Shown: positions 16,527 through 26,972, counted from the first letter of the stretch. The stretch is DNA of 64,000 nucleotides from Candidatus Saccharimonadota bacterium (GCA_017459845.1 JAFUCF010000012.1:4120-68119), one strand, 5' to 3'. Notes: generated from the letters alone by a model not told the origin. Numbers and translations: made by a program.

Positions 16527-16934
16527 CTATTTGAAAACGATGAGTTTGCTTAGGACATAGTTTAAGATAATTACTACTACTTGGGCTGCGGTTTTAGAGA
16601 CAAGCTCATTGGTGTGCATAACCTCGATTGTGAGGTTTAGGAGTACAATTTCAATGCCAAGCGTGGCGAGACGAGCGAGCACAAACATGATGAACTCGCG
16701 GGTGGATTCTTTTTTACCCTTACCGCCCGTCTTAAACACGAAGAATTTGTTAGAGATGTAAACGAAAATAATAGTAATCACCCAGGCAATGACGTTGCTG
16801 ATCGTGATATCTAGGCCAAGCATACGGCAAAGAGTGAATGTGCCAATATTAACAACGGTGCCGAAGCCACCAGCAATAATATAATTGATTATTTCTTCGT
16901 ACTGTTTGTAGAGCGCTAGCAGCTTCTTAAACAT
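16527..16934 (-). CDS. GtrA-family flippase-like protein
   Basis: Four TMs; YIIAGGFGTVVN, SNKFFVF and LNYVLSKLIVF; likely start MFKK at 16934. Confidence 0.88.
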   Translation of the reverse strand: MFKKLLALYKQYEEIINYIIAGGFGTVVNIGTFTLCRMLGLDITISNVIAWVITIIFVYISNKFFVFKTGGKGKKESTREFIMFVLARLATLGIEIVLLNLTIEVMHTNELVSKTAAQVVVIILNYVLSKLIVFK

Positions 16935-16957
16935 AATACTATTATTATACCACAACA

Positions 16958-16990
16958 AAGATTGCTCGGATGGGGGTTCCGGGCAATCTT
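16958..16990. terminator. Hairpin, probable terminator of the AAA ATPase gene
   Basis: AAGATTGCTCGGA-TGGGGGT-TCCGGGCAATCTT. Confidence 0.55.
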
Positions 16991-17041
16991 AGTATATGTT
17001 TTTGTTTATGCTTATATTATAGCCTAGGAGGCGGCAAAAGT

Positions 17042-18379
17042 CTAGAGCTTTTCTGACAAAAATCGTTTTAATAAGAATGTTAAGAAATATGGAAAAGTAT
17101 AGAATTTACCGTTAAACCCTATGTTTTTGTATCCTAGCTTGATACCATATTTGATATCCTTGTATTTCTCTTCATCAATAAGGTGGTTCAGAGACGGCGT
17201 CGGGCCATCATTTGCCTTTACTTCTACCGGAACAAGCGTATTTGCGTCGCGCAAGAAAAAGTCCATTTCTATAGTGCTCTTTTCGTTTTTATAGAAGAAC
17301 AGTGGCTCACCAGATTTCCTAAGTTCGTCGGCAACAATATTTTCATAGATTGCACCCTTATAGGTATTAAAATTCTGGTTGTTTCGCAAATCTTCTTGTG
17401 CCTCATCATCTAGAGAGCCTATTAGAAGACCAGAATCTCTGAAATAAAGCCTATAATTGTCTGGGTTATAATTTCCTTTGAGTGGTAGACTGGCACTTTC
17501 AAGGCAATAGCAAACATTGACAATTCCGGCGCGATCTAGCCAGTCGACTACCCCAATATACTCTCTGTTTCTTGCATTGTTGCTAATTTTAGAAATTTGG
17601 AACTTTTTATTTTCATTCCCAAGGAATACTGGTATCTTTCGATAGACATTGAGAATTTTAGTCTGTTCTAGGCCAGAGGCGTATTTTGTAATATCTTCTT
17701 CGTAATCTGTAATGATTTGCCGTTGCAAGGCAAGTGTCCCCTCGTAATTCTTTTGCTTCATAAAAGTAAAAACAATCTCAGGCATACCACCGACTATCAT
17801 ATATTCTTTGAAATTATCAAACATGACTTCAATTTCTGTACTTGAAAGCGGCTCAATAGACTTCATATGTTTGAAAAGATTTTCAATCTGTTCCCCGCTA
17901 TATCCTTTGGCCCAAAGAAACTCTTCAAAATCTAGCGAATTCATTTCGTAATCTTCCTTGTTGCCGACACTGTTTGATTCGATTTCATTGTAATTTAGCC
18001 CCATCATGGAACCAGAACATATCACATCGTAACGCCCATCTTCATTAAAAGATTTGAGGGAGGTCGCGCAACTTGGGCAGTCTTGCAATTCATCGAAAAA
18101 GAGCAGCGTGCCCCCTGGCTCGAATGATAAATTTGGGTTAATAAGAGAGATATTTTTAATGATTGTATCAACTTCAAAGCCATCATCGAAGATTTTTTTG
18201 TACTGACTTTGGAGTGCGAAATTAATTGTTATAATATTATGGTAATGGTTTTTGGCAAAATGAGTAACAGCTTCCGTTTTGCCGATTTGCCTTGCACCCC
18301 TAATGATAAGAGGTTTATGTTCTGGATTGTTTTTCCAATCAATAAGGAATTGATCAATTTTTCTAGTTAATCTTTCCAT
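17042..18379 (-). CDS. AAA+ ATPase (AAA_14 + DUF4143 family)
   Basis: GARQIGKT Walker A, FFDELQ Walker B, GGMPE, LYFRDSGLL, GAIYEN and EMDF..PVEVK nuclease-like tail. Confidence 0.88.
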   Translation of the reverse strand: MERLTRKIDQFLIDWKNNPEHKPLIIRGARQIGKTEAVTHFAKNHYHNIITINFALQSQYKKIFDDGFEVDTIIKNISLINPNLSFEPGGTLLFFDELQDCPSCATSLKSFNEDGRYDVICSGSMMGLNYNEIESNSVGNKEDYEMNSLDFEEFLWAKGYSGEQIENLFKHMKSIEPLSSTEIEVMFDNFKEYMIVGGMPEIVFTFMKQKNYEGTLALQRQIITDYEEDITKYASGLEQTKILNVYRKIPVFLGNENKKFQISKISNNARNREYIGVVDWLDRAGIVNVCYCLESASLPLKGNYNPDNYRLYFRDSGLLIGSLDDEAQEDLRNNQNFNTYKGAIYENIVADELRKSGEPLFFYKNEKSTIEMDFFLRDANTLVPVEVKANDGPTPSLNHLIDEEKYKDIKYGIKLGYKNIGFNGKFYTFPYFLTFLLKRFLSEKL

Positions 18380-18430
18380 TTCTTCTCCTTTTCCCCTATT
18401 ATATCACAAAATTCCTGCGAATTTAGACCA

Positions 18431-18481
18431 ATTTTACACATTTTTCCAGCTATTTTTTGGGTATTTTACACACTTTTCCAG
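18431..18481. repeat. 19-bp direct repeat pair in the divergent promoter region
   Basis: ATTTTACACATTTTTCCAG (18431-18449) and ATTTTACACACTTTTCCAG (18463-18481); 18 of 19 identical, period 32. Confidence 0.75.
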
Positions 18482-18526
18482 GTGGTTGAGATTTTCCTTG
18501 ACTTTTTTTGTTTTTTGTGTTAAAAT

Positions 18527-19087
18527 ATGCCCATTGTGGGAAATACGGTAAATACGCGAGATAAACGTTGCGAAAGAACAAGAGCGGCGGTGGAAAAGTC
18601 GCTCTTTTATTATTATATGGAGCACCCATTTTTTGAACAGCCACCGGTCATATATCTGTGTAGGATGGCTAATATCTCCACGCCCACCTTTTACCGGCAT
18701 TTTAAGGGGGTGTACGAGGTTGTAGAGACTAGCCATGAGGCGATGAGAAACGAGCTAGTTGGATTGGTAAAATCTAGTAATTCACTGAAAACTAGTCTTT
18801 TTAAGCTATTCCACTTCATACGGAAACACGAGATATATTACCGGATGAATATATATCAGATGAGTTTTCGGCCGTTTAAGCAAATTGTAGAGGTTTTTGA
18901 ACCAAAAATAACAGCGAGCCTGTCAAAAGATATACAACAGAAAAGCTATTATGAAATCGAAAGCTACCTCATTGTTGAGCTTTCATGGTGGATAGTCAAA
19001 GATGGCTTCGACGACAGTTTAGTAGAAATGCATATAAAGGCTATTTTAGACTTTATGGAGCGAAAAGCTAAAGAATACCGGGGTTAA
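18527..19087 (+). CDS. TetR/AcrR-like transcriptional regulator (degenerate HTH)
   Basis: DKRCERTRAAVEKSL...LCRMANISTPTFYRHF N-terminal HTH pattern. Confidence 0.7.
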   Translation: MPIVGNTVNTRDKRCERTRAAVEKSLFYYYMEHPFFEQPPVIYLCRMANISTPTFYRHFKGVYEVVETSHEAMRNELVGLVKSSNSLKTSLFKLFHFIRKHEIYYRMNIYQMSFRPFKQIVEVFEPKITASLSKDIQQKSYYEIESYLIVELSWWIVKDGFDDSLVEMHIKAILDFMERKAKEYRG

Positions 19088-19854
19088 TTCCCTAGTTTAT
19101 AGAGCAGGTAAATGTTACCGCTAGCATCTTGGGCATAAGACATACTGCCGCCGCCTGCCCCGCTGGTGGTGGCCACGGTGCCGTGATAGAATTTTACAAT
19201 ATTTACTAAGCCTTCTTTTTGGCCAAATGATTTGAATTCGCCGCTTTCTGCAGCCTCTTTGACTGGGATATACTCTACCGTGCCATCTTCCATCAAGAAA
19301 AGAATTTCTTCACTCCCTAGCGTTTGGCCCGCGCTGGCAATAAAGACATCTGAAATATTTTTAGTGAACTCTAGTTCATAAACTGCATTGTTATCTGCAC
19401 GATTTTCAGAAACGAGGGTATGAGTGGAGCCATAGTACGTATTTAAATCCTGCCAGTTAACTGTGACCGAAGCAGTATTGACGCCGGCTGCAGAGGCAAC
19501 AACTTGTACCATATTACTATTAGAATTTGGTGCGCTGATTGAATCCGAGTAAAGTGCGCCGTAAACCTCGCCCTCTGTGCCATTGACAATCTTTTCTTGG
19601 CTAAAATAGAGGTGGTTGAGCTCAGCGGCAATCTGCCCTGACGCATTATTGGTAAAATCTTGGCTGGTAGCAGTATTAGAAGTAGGCGTATTATTGGATG
19701 ATGCTGGAGATTTACTTCGCTCTGCTGCCCAGAGAACACCAAAAGTGATGGCGGCGGCGAGCATCAAAACCATTAGGCAAGCCATGAGAATATTGGCCTT
19801 ATTTAGTTTCTTTTTCTTGGTTGGCTCAAGGCCAGCACCTAAAGTTTGTTCCAT
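19084..19854 (-). CDS. Membrane-anchored extracellular hypothetical protein
   Basis: Single TM at residues about 22-43, S/T/N-rich linker, then a globular domain. Confidence 0.7.
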   Translation of the reverse strand: MEQTLGAGLEPTKKKKLNKANILMACLMVLMLAAAITFGVLWAAERSKSPASSNNTPTSNTATSQDFTNNASGQIAAELNHLYFSQEKIVNGTEGEVYGALYSDSISAPNSNSNMVQVVASAAGVNTASVTVNWQDLNTYYGSTHTLVSENRADNNAVYELEFTKNISDVFIASAGQTLGSEEILFLMEDGTVEYIPVKEAAESGEFKSFGQKEGLVNIVKFYHGTVATTSGAGGGSMSYAQDASGNIYLLYKLGN

Positions 19855-19900
19855 AAAATAATACCCTTATTACTTATGGTTATATTATAGCACGGAATGA

Positions 19901-20824
19901 TTATTTGCGGAATTTTACGATGATTTCAGCCGGGAGTAACTTGAAGATATTTGTATATTTTAATTTGGCGGTGAATTTTTGGTTGCTTCTAGCAACGGCG
20001 AAGGCATGGGAGATATGGAAGCGGCACTTTAAAAGAAAAAGCAGCCGCCTTTCACGAAACTTATACGGGCCAATTTCTTGGGCAAAGTGTTGAAAATCTT
20101 TGAAGCTGTTTAACCAATTTTTCCAAACAAGAGAAGACTCACGGACGGTACTAGTCTCTGTGCCATAGTGATAAAGATAAGTAGCCTCTAGAACATAGCT
20201 AATTTTTAGTTCGTGGTTTTTAATAAGCGTGGCAAGATAATCCAAAACGAATTTAGTATCCTCTGCAAACTTTTTGTTAGTATCAAACCGAATGTTTCCC
20301 TTTTTAATGATATCATTCCTAAAGGCTTTGTTAGTGGCGGCATATAGACGGCCGTCTCTTACATCTTGGCGTAGAACAAAAGATAAATCAGTATCGTTTG
20401 GCTTTCTTTTGACGGGCGGGTTTACATACGTATCGTGAGATTTATCGTTATAAATACGGTGATAACGGTAGCCGCAAGAAACAAGCCCGGCGCCTTTTTC
20501 GTATTCATTGGTGAGCTTGGTGAAATGAGACGGCAAGACGTCGTCATCCGAATCAATGAAAAAAACATACTTACCGGTGGCATTTTTAAGGGCGAGGTTA
20601 CGAGCGCTAGAAGCGCCCTGATTTTTCTGGGAAAAAACGCGGAGGCGCTTATCTTTTGCGGCGATGGCTCTTAGAATTTTGAGCGAATCGTCGGTAGAGC
20701 CATCGTCTACGACGAGGATTTCTAGGTTTTTATACTTATCTTTTTGAATGGATTCGTAAAGCGCAAGAAAAGCCTCGCCGGTGTTGTAGACTGGGATGAT
20801 GAGGGAGAGTAGTGGCTTATCCAT
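19901..20824 (-). CDS. Glycosyltransferase family 2
   Basis: SLIIPVYN, VDDGSTD, NQGASSARN, FIDSDD and FAED. Confidence 0.9.
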   Translation of the reverse strand: MDKPLLSLIIPVYNTGEAFLALYESIQKDKYKNLEILVVDDGSTDDSLKILRAIAAKDKRLRVFSQKNQGASSARNLALKNATGKYVFFIDSDDDVLPSHFTKLTNEYEKGAGLVSCGYRYHRIYNDKSHDTYVNPPVKRKPNDTDLSFVLRQDVRDGRLYAATNKAFRNDIIKKGNIRFDTNKKFAEDTKFVLDYLATLIKNHELKISYVLEATYLYHYGTETSTVRESSLVWKNWLNSFKDFQHFAQEIGPYKFRERRLLFLLKCRFHISHAFAVARSNQKFTAKLKYTNIFKLLPAEIIVKFRK

Positions 20825-20882
20825 ATGGATATTATAGCACGCACGGCGCTAGAAAAGAACTTTCTTAAGAGAAAAGACCAGA

Positions 20883-22928
20883 TTAGAGGCTGAGCCAGTA
20901 TTGTCTACCACCTAGAATATCATAATTTACTAACTTGTAGGCATCGGTCGCTTTGCCAGAAGGCTCTTTATTATCTAAGTAATATGGAGTGAGAATTGGG
21001 TTCTCGCTGCAAGTTTTTTCTAATAGTGTTTGCCAGGCGTTGCGGCGCAAATTCAAAGTGCCATACAAGGCATTTGGCAGGCAGTTTGGAGTAGTAGTCG
21101 GGAGAGTAACATTCTCAGAGCGTATTTCTAAGGTATCTTGCTCGCCCGTGGCAAGTTCTTCTTTGGCTGGCTCGCCAAATTCTTTGAGAAAATCTTTGCC
21201 AAATTGACTATTGGCGTAATCACCTGGCATGGCAAAATTCGACCAAATAAAATACGGTGTAAGCTGGGTAAGCTGGGCCGCGTTCTCGTCTTCTCCCTGG
21301 TGAGTAATAGAGAAAATACCTGGGGCATGATCGCCGTAGAATAATACTACGGTTTTTTCGTCTAGATTATTTAAGTTCTCTAAGAACTCTCCTAAGTAGC
21401 CATCAGCACGATAAGCCGATTCCAGATAGGCCAAAATGGTATCACAGAAATTCTGATCCCAGCCTGGCACAGAAAAGGTAAAATGGTAATCAGAATCATC
21501 ATAATTTGATTTGTAGTACGGGGCATGATTTTGCATTGTGATGACGCTGACAAATTGCTTTTCTTTGGAGCCTCTAAGGACGTCGAGCGTTTCATTGTAA
21601 ACTGACTGATCATTAATATAAAGGGAGTTACCATCATGCGTTTGATGTTTCATTTCTAAATCAGTAATGAACGTGTCAAAGCCCTCCTTCTTCAATGCGA
21701 TGTCCCGTTTATACATACCGCCCGTGAAGGAGTGAATAGCTGTAGTATTATATCCAGCCGCCTTGGCGTCTTTTGCGTAGGAAATGATGCTATTCATTTT
21801 TGGTAGCAAATCGGTAAACGGAACAGTTTTGGCCCAAAAATTAGATAAACCTGTATCAACCTCGAATTCAATATTCGCGGTACCGCCACCGTAGTCAGGA
21901 GAATACATATAGCCAGCTGGGTATTTTGTCATCAGCTCATGGAAAATTGGCAGAGGATCTTCACCCTCAAATGGGTAGTCATCTTGAATCAATGAAGTAT
22001 CATAGTATGATTCGTTTAATACGACGACGATATTATAGTCAGCGTCTTTTAACGATTTCTTGCTAGCGTTTGGCTCGGAACCGGCTTCTTTTGAATATTC
22101 GGTTTTAATCTTTGAAATAGTGTCTTTACTGTAGTTAGCTGGCTGCTCTAAAGTAGTTTTATTGATGTTATAAAGAAATCCTAGTACAAACCCATTATTA
22201 TTATAATTTACTGATTGGTTCCAAGCGACGAACTTGGTATTATCTAACCAATCAACTTCTTGATAGGCGCTCCCGCCAAGGTGAGTAACGAAATTACTAG
22301 CAGAATGGAGGCCCCATATAGAGAGTGGGATTATTAGAATGCGTGGAATTAAAAAGACGGCTAAGTGTTTTTCTATGAGTTTTTTGTGATTAGCTCTAGC
22401 TTTCTTGGTTTTGAACTTCTTTTTTAGCGAGACCTTGGGGAGAGCTGGAATAATCTCTAACCTTGCTTTTGTGAGATAATCCAAGATGAACCCTAGTGCG
22501 ACTGCCAGTACAGAGGCAAGAATTACCCGCACTAACTCACCAAAATCAATAAACTTCGTTAGCGTGCCAGCTTGATCGGTTAGCTGGAAATCTTCTGGCA
22601 GAAGCGGCGTGCCACGAAATGAAACTTTAGTGTTATTGATATATGTAATGATGGTAATAATGGCAAAAGCAATACCTATCGTACGGAATGGCCGGTGGAA
22701 AACCCCATAAATTAACGCAACTAGGCAAAAGATTATCAGCGTGGAGTACCAAAAAATGTGGGGCTTTTCTTCCCAAAAATCCCAGGCAGCCTCGGCGTTA
22801 TTGCCAAGTACCCGGTACTCCATATACCACATGAGAAAAACTGTAGCTAAAGCGAGAATTCCCCACCTGATGAATATTATATATATTATTCTTCCTAAAT
22901 ATTGAAATAACTTCTTGGAGTTACCCAT
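20883..22928 (-). CDS. LtaS-family (sulfatase-fold) membrane phosphoglycerol/phosphodiester transferase
   Basis: Five N-terminal TMs; VLNES, GGGTANIEF (catalytic Thr), AIHS, TMQNHAPY and FYGDHAP. Confidence 0.85.
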   Translation of the reverse strand: MGNSKKLFQYLGRIIYIIFIRWGILALATVFLMWYMEYRVLGNNAEAAWDFWEEKPHIFWYSTLIIFCLVALIYGVFHRPFRTIGIAFAIITIITYINNTKVSFRGTPLLPEDFQLTDQAGTLTKFIDFGELVRVILASVLAVALGFILDYLTKARLEIIPALPKVSLKKKFKTKKARANHKKLIEKHLAVFLIPRILIIPLSIWGLHSASNFVTHLGGSAYQEVDWLDNTKFVAWNQSVNYNNNGFVLGFLYNINKTTLEQPANYSKDTISKIKTEYSKEAGSEPNASKKSLKDADYNIVVVLNESYYDTSLIQDDYPFEGEDPLPIFHELMTKYPAGYMYSPDYGGGTANIEFEVDTGLSNFWAKTVPFTDLLPKMNSIISYAKDAKAAGYNTTAIHSFTGGMYKRDIALKKEGFDTFITDLEMKHQTHDGNSLYINDQSVYNETLDVLRGSKEKQFVSVITMQNHAPYYKSNYDDSDYHFTFSVPGWDQNFCDTILAYLESAYRADGYLGEFLENLNNLDEKTVVLFYGDHAPGIFSITHQGEDENAAQLTQLTPYFIWSNFAMPGDYANSQFGKDFLKEFGEPAKEELATGEQDTLEIRSENVTLPTTTPNCLPNALYGTLNLRRNAWQTLLEKTCSENPILTPYYLDNKEPSGKATDAYKLVNYDILGGRQYWLSL

Positions 22929-22985
22929 GTATATATTATAACACGTTGTTTGACTAGGAGCGGTTAAAAGTGTATAATAAAGCCA

Positions 22986-23915
22986 ATGAGTAAAGATGTT
23001 GCCATCCTAATACCTTGTTACAATGAAAGCAAGACAATTGAGAAAGTCGTGAAAGATTTTAAAGAAGCTTTGAAAGATGCAAAAGTATATGTTTTTGATA
23101 ATAATTCTTCAGATGGTTCCGCAGAAATAGCAAAAAAAGCGGGCGCAATCGTCTATAAAGAAACAAGGCAAGGTAAAGGCAATGTAGTCCGGACAATGTT
23201 TAGAGAGATTGAGGCGGACTGCTACATTATGGTGGATGGAGATGACACTTACCCCGCTGATGCAGCAAAAGAAATGTGTAAATTAGTCTTGGAAGATGAT
23301 GTCGATATGGTAGTAGGCGATAGGTTGTCGTCTACTTATTTTGTAGAAAATAAGCGGATGTTTCATAACTTTGGGAACAAGCTCGTGCGTGGGCTAATAA
23401 ACCTGATATTTCATAGCAACATCCGAGACATCATGACTGGGTATCGAGCCTTTTCGCGTGATTTCGTAAAGACTTTTCCGGTTTTATCAGAAGGCTTTGA
23501 AATTGAAACAGAAATGACCATTCACGCTCTAGATAAGCGAATGGTGGTTAGTGAAATTCCAATCCAATACCGGGATCGCAAGGCGGGAAGTGAATCTAAG
23601 CTTAATACTGTTAGCGATGGAATGAAGGTTCTACTAACTATAATGCATCTTTTTGAAGAATATCGGCCGCTATTGTTTTTTGGATTGATTAGCCTAGTGT
23701 TTTTCATACTTGCGCTGATATTTGGAATTCCAGTTTTTATAGAATTCTTGCAGACACGCCTAGTGCCGAGATTCCCTACCCTGATTTTGGCAGGAGTATT
23801 ATTTACACTTTCAGTTTTAACTTTACTTTGCGGGATAATTTTGGACGTAGTTGTGCGGAAGCATCGCCAGGTGTTTGAGCTTTTCTTGCTTTCTTCTCGG
23901 AATAAAGATAAGTAA
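22986..23915 (+). CDS. GT2 polyprenol-phosphate glycosyltransferase (GtrB/DPM-like)
   Basis: LIPCYNE, QGKGN, MVDGDDTY, DIMTGYRAF and FEIETEMT; two C-terminal TMs. Confidence 0.88.
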   Translation: MSKDVAILIPCYNESKTIEKVVKDFKEALKDAKVYVFDNNSSDGSAEIAKKAGAIVYKETRQGKGNVVRTMFREIEADCYIMVDGDDTYPADAAKEMCKLVLEDDVDMVVGDRLSSTYFVENKRMFHNFGNKLVRGLINLIFHSNIRDIMTGYRAFSRDFVKTFPVLSEGFEIETEMTIHALDKRMVVSEIPIQYRDRKAGSESKLNTVSDGMKVLLTIMHLFEEYRPLLFFGLISLVFFILALIFGIPVFIEFLQTRLVPRFPTLILAGVLFTLSVLTLLCGIILDVVVRKHRQVFELFLLSSRNKDK

Positions 23916-25320
23916 TGAGCATCAGCATAGCTGGTGTGGTATAGGTGATTGGATAAAGATACCTCACCCCCTCTGGGTTGGTGGAGACCGGTGCTAGGTA
24001 ACAGCCAATGATGAGTGATAACAAAACTGGCACAGAGAGAAGATAATATTTTTTGTCTGTAGCCTTGCGACAAACAAAGAGGCTGACAATAATAAAATAA
24101 GGTAGAACCGTCGCTAGGAAGCAGAAAGTTAGGAGAAAACCAATCACAGGGATATTATAGATAAACTGGTAAACATTATCAAAGATAGAGGAAGTAGCTT
24201 TAAAAAATGCACTCCGCTCCGTGGCGGACTCTGGGATATAATAATCATTCTGTTGAGTATGCCAATCCATATTAGTTAGTGGCATATAAAGTGAAAATGA
24301 AAACCACCCCGCTAGTTGATCAACGGTGGCAGCAAGATAAGTGCCTGGGAATCTTAGGCCTTGAGATAGCCAGACTTTAAGATAGTTAGCATAATCAGAT
24401 TTTTCACCCCGCGCTTCATAACCTTTTACTGGATCAGCATTTGAGGGGTTGTAATCTTCGGCCAGAGTATCGTATTCTAAAACCTTTGAGATAACTGCTT
24501 TTTCCTCTGCGGTGACGCTATCCGGATGATCTTTAACAAGCCTGGCAGTCTGTTGGAAGGGCAATGACAGCATCTCTTGCGTCCCACTTTCTTCTATGTG
24601 AAAAGTGTAGCGGAATACTGGCAGAAGAATAAAATTTAAGCCAAAAACAGCTAAGATGGGGACAAGCAGTTTTTTACGATTCTCTTTTTGGAAGATTAGC
24701 ACCATGATAAGCGAACCTAGCATTACGTAAGCACCGGCTTTTTTAGATAAAATGCAGAAAAAGCATACTGTAAGAAAAATCACCATGAATTTTTGGCGCT
24801 TCAAACAGGCGCCTTTAGTACGCAATATTTCAATAAAGCCGATAATGAACAGAAGATAAATCCAGGCAAAGAGCGCATCCTTTGAAATTGTCTGGACGCT
24901 TGAAACAAAAATCGGGAAAAAGCAGTAGACCAAGAGAAAGATAAGTGAAACTTTGGTATTCTGGCCGAAGTTCTTCCTGAAGTAAGTGATGGAATATGCA
25001 AAAGCTAAACTTGTAAAGATAGCTTGGAGTAATACGTAAATAAAAAATGCAACGTGCCAATTACCAAATAGCCGCGCGGCGGGCAAAATGATAATGCTCA
25101 TGTAGGCCGAATCAAAGACGGGGTGATGAGCGCTAATAGTCCAAGAATTATCCCGGAGATTCATTACTTGGTTGAGCTGGCCCCAAGAATCGTTCACCAT
25201 AGTACCAGGATAAAGCATAATCAAAGCTGGTAACCAACATAAGAAAATAATCATGGCTAAAATAATGGTGCTATGCTTTGACTTAAAGATAAAAGCCGAT
25301 AATTTGGGAACCATCTTCAT
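23803..25320 (-). CDS. Polytopic membrane protein, probable GT-C glycosyltransferase (DUF6020-like)
   Basis: YPGTMVNDSWGQL, HHPVF, SKDALFA, LSLPFQQTAR and RYLYP; many TMs; 113-bp 3' overlap with the convergent GT2. Confidence 0.65.
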   Translation of the reverse strand: MKMVPKLSAFIFKSKHSTIILAMIIFLCWLPALIMLYPGTMVNDSWGQLNQVMNLRDNSWTISAHHPVFDSAYMSIIILPAARLFGNWHVAFFIYVLLQAIFTSLAFAYSITYFRKNFGQNTKVSLIFLLVYCFFPIFVSSVQTISKDALFAWIYLLFIIGFIEILRTKGACLKRQKFMVIFLTVCFFCILSKKAGAYVMLGSLIMVLIFQKENRKKLLVPILAVFGLNFILLPVFRYTFHIEESGTQEMLSLPFQQTARLVKDHPDSVTAEEKAVISKVLEYDTLAEDYNPSNADPVKGYEARGEKSDYANYLKVWLSQGLRFPGTYLAATVDQLAGWFSFSLYMPLTNMDWHTQQNDYYIPESATERSAFFKATSSIFDNVYQFIYNIPVIGFLLTFCFLATVLPYFIIVSLFVCRKATDKKYYLLSVPVLLSLIIGCYLAPVSTNPEGVRYLYPITYTTPAMLMLITYLYSEKKARKAQTPGDASAQLRPKLSRKVKLKLKV

Positions 25321-25369
25321 GTAGCTTTATTTTAGCATATTTTAGATAAATATGGTACAATTGTAGTAT

Positions 25370-26173
25370 ATGGAAGGTCTGAGAAATCGCAGAAATAGAA
25401 TCCTGTTACGAGAGCTAATTAAAACTGATTTTAAACTGAGATACCAGGGCTCTACGCTTGGTTACCTTTGGGCTGTTTTGAAGCCGCTTTTGATGTTTGC
25501 AATTCTTTATGTGGTGTTTTCTAAAATCCTCCGTTTTGGTGGTGAAATACCGCATTATCCAGTATATCTATTGACCGGTACGGTTTTTTGGAACTTTTTT
25601 ACAGAATGTACTTTCCAAGGTATTCACGCCATTGAGGATAGAGGCGATTTAATTAGAAAAATCAGCTTCCCTAAATATATTGTTGTACTTTCTGCTACGT
25701 CCACTGCGGTAATTAACTTGTTGATTAACGTCGGCGTGATTTTCGTGTTTGCGCTAATTAACGGTTGCACTCCTTCCCTTTCTTGGCTTTTAGTAATTCC
25801 ATCAATTATAGAGCTTTACGCGCTGGCGCTGGGTATTTCACTTTGGCTGGGAGCAGTCAATGTTAGACTTAGGGATATAGGCTCTATTTGGGAAGTTTTA
25901 ACTCAGGCGCTCTTTTATGCCGTACCTATTATTTATCCGATTTCAATGGTGACGGCCGTATCTTCAACGGCGGCGAATATTATCTTAGTAAACCCGATTG
26001 CACAGGTGATTCAGGATGTTCGCTATAACGTTGTGACTGACCAAACAGTAACGACTTGGGGGTTTACTGGCGTAGTATGGGGGCTGGTATCCGTCTTAAT
26101 TGTGATTGTGATACTGATTTTTGGCGCGTTGTATTTTAGGAAGCGTTCTAAGCGTTTTGCGGAGGAAGTTTAA
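25370..26173 (+). CDS. wzm: ABC-2 polysaccharide exporter permease (Wzm)
   Basis: KLRYQGSTLGYLWAVLKPLL, FPKYI, RDIGSIW, FYAVPIIYP and NPIAQVI. Confidence 0.92.
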   Translation: MEGLRNRRNRILLRELIKTDFKLRYQGSTLGYLWAVLKPLLMFAILYVVFSKILRFGGEIPHYPVYLLTGTVFWNFFTECTFQGIHAIEDRGDLIRKISFPKYIVVLSATSTAVINLLINVGVIFVFALINGCTPSLSWLLVIPSIIELYALALGISLWLGAVNVRLRDIGSIWEVLTQALFYAVPIIYPISMVTAVSSTAANIILVNPIAQVIQDVRYNVVTDQTVTTWGFTGVVWGLVSVLIVIVILIFGALYFRKRSKRFAEEV

Positions 26174-26174
26174 A

Positions 26175-26972
26175 GTGAAGCGAGTGGACGAATACCTAAA
26201 AAAGATGAGCAAAGAAGCCCGGGAGGAGCTAGAGCAAGATGATTATGCGTTGAAAGTCACTAATCTGCACAAGGATTTTCGTTTGCCAACCGAGAGGGCT
26301 TGGGGGCTAAAACAGGCCATCTTTAACCGCATAAAAGGAATTAAAGGATTTCGGACGCAGCATGTACTGAGAGGTATTGACTTTACCGTAGCAAAGGGCG
26401 AGTTTCTAGGTATCGTGGGGCGGAATGGTAGCGGAAAGTCTACTTTATTAAAAGTACTCGCTGGGATTTATGTACCAGAAAAGGGCTCAGTAAGAGTGAA
26501 TGGGAACTTAGTGCCGTTTATTGAGCTGGGCGTAGGGTTTAACCCAGAACTAACCGGGCGCGAGAATGTCTATTTAAACGGTGCTTTACTTGGTTTTTCA
26601 AATGCAGATATGGATAAGATGTACGACGATATCGTAGACTTTGCGGAGCTACGCGATTTTATGGATCAAAAGTTGAAGAACTATTCTTCTGGTATGCAGG
26701 TAAGATTGGCGTTTTCTATTGCTATCCGGGCGCGAGGTGATATTCTGATTTTAGACGAAGTGTTGGCCGTGGGAGATGCGGCCTTCCAGGAAAAATGCAA
26801 TGAGTACTTCAAGAGTTTACATGGCCAACAAACGGTTATTCTAGTGACGCATGATATGGCTAACGTAGAAAAGTTCTGCGATAGAGCGATTTTGATTGAA
26901 GAAGGCGTAATTGCCTGTGAAGGCAAGCCGGAAAAAGTCACTAAAGCGTATATGAAGCTTTGGGAAGATTAG
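26175..26972 (+). CDS. wzt: ABC polysaccharide exporter ATPase (Wzt, no C-terminal CBM)
   Basis: GRNGSGKST, YSSGMQVRLAF, LILDEVLAVGD and VTHD; likely GTG start at 26175 after GGAGGA. Confidence 0.92.
   Translation: MKRVDEYLKKMSKEAREELEQDDYALKVTNLHKDFRLPTERAWGLKQAIFNRIKGIKGFRTQHVLRGIDFTVAKGEFLGIVGRNGSGKSTLLKVLAGIYVPEKGSVRVNGNLVPFIELGVGFNPELTGRENVYLNGALLGFSNADMDKMYDDIVDFAELRDFMDQKLKNYSSGMQVRLAFSIAIRARGDILILDEVLAVGDAAFQEKCNEYFKSLHGQQTVILVTHDMANVEKFCDRAILIEEGVIACEGKPEKVTKAYMKLWED

Noticed and set aside
18434-18736. Minus-strand ORFs of 100 and 64 aa
   Set aside because: They are shadows of the TetR-like gene and the repeat-containing promoter region, with no recognisable motifs.
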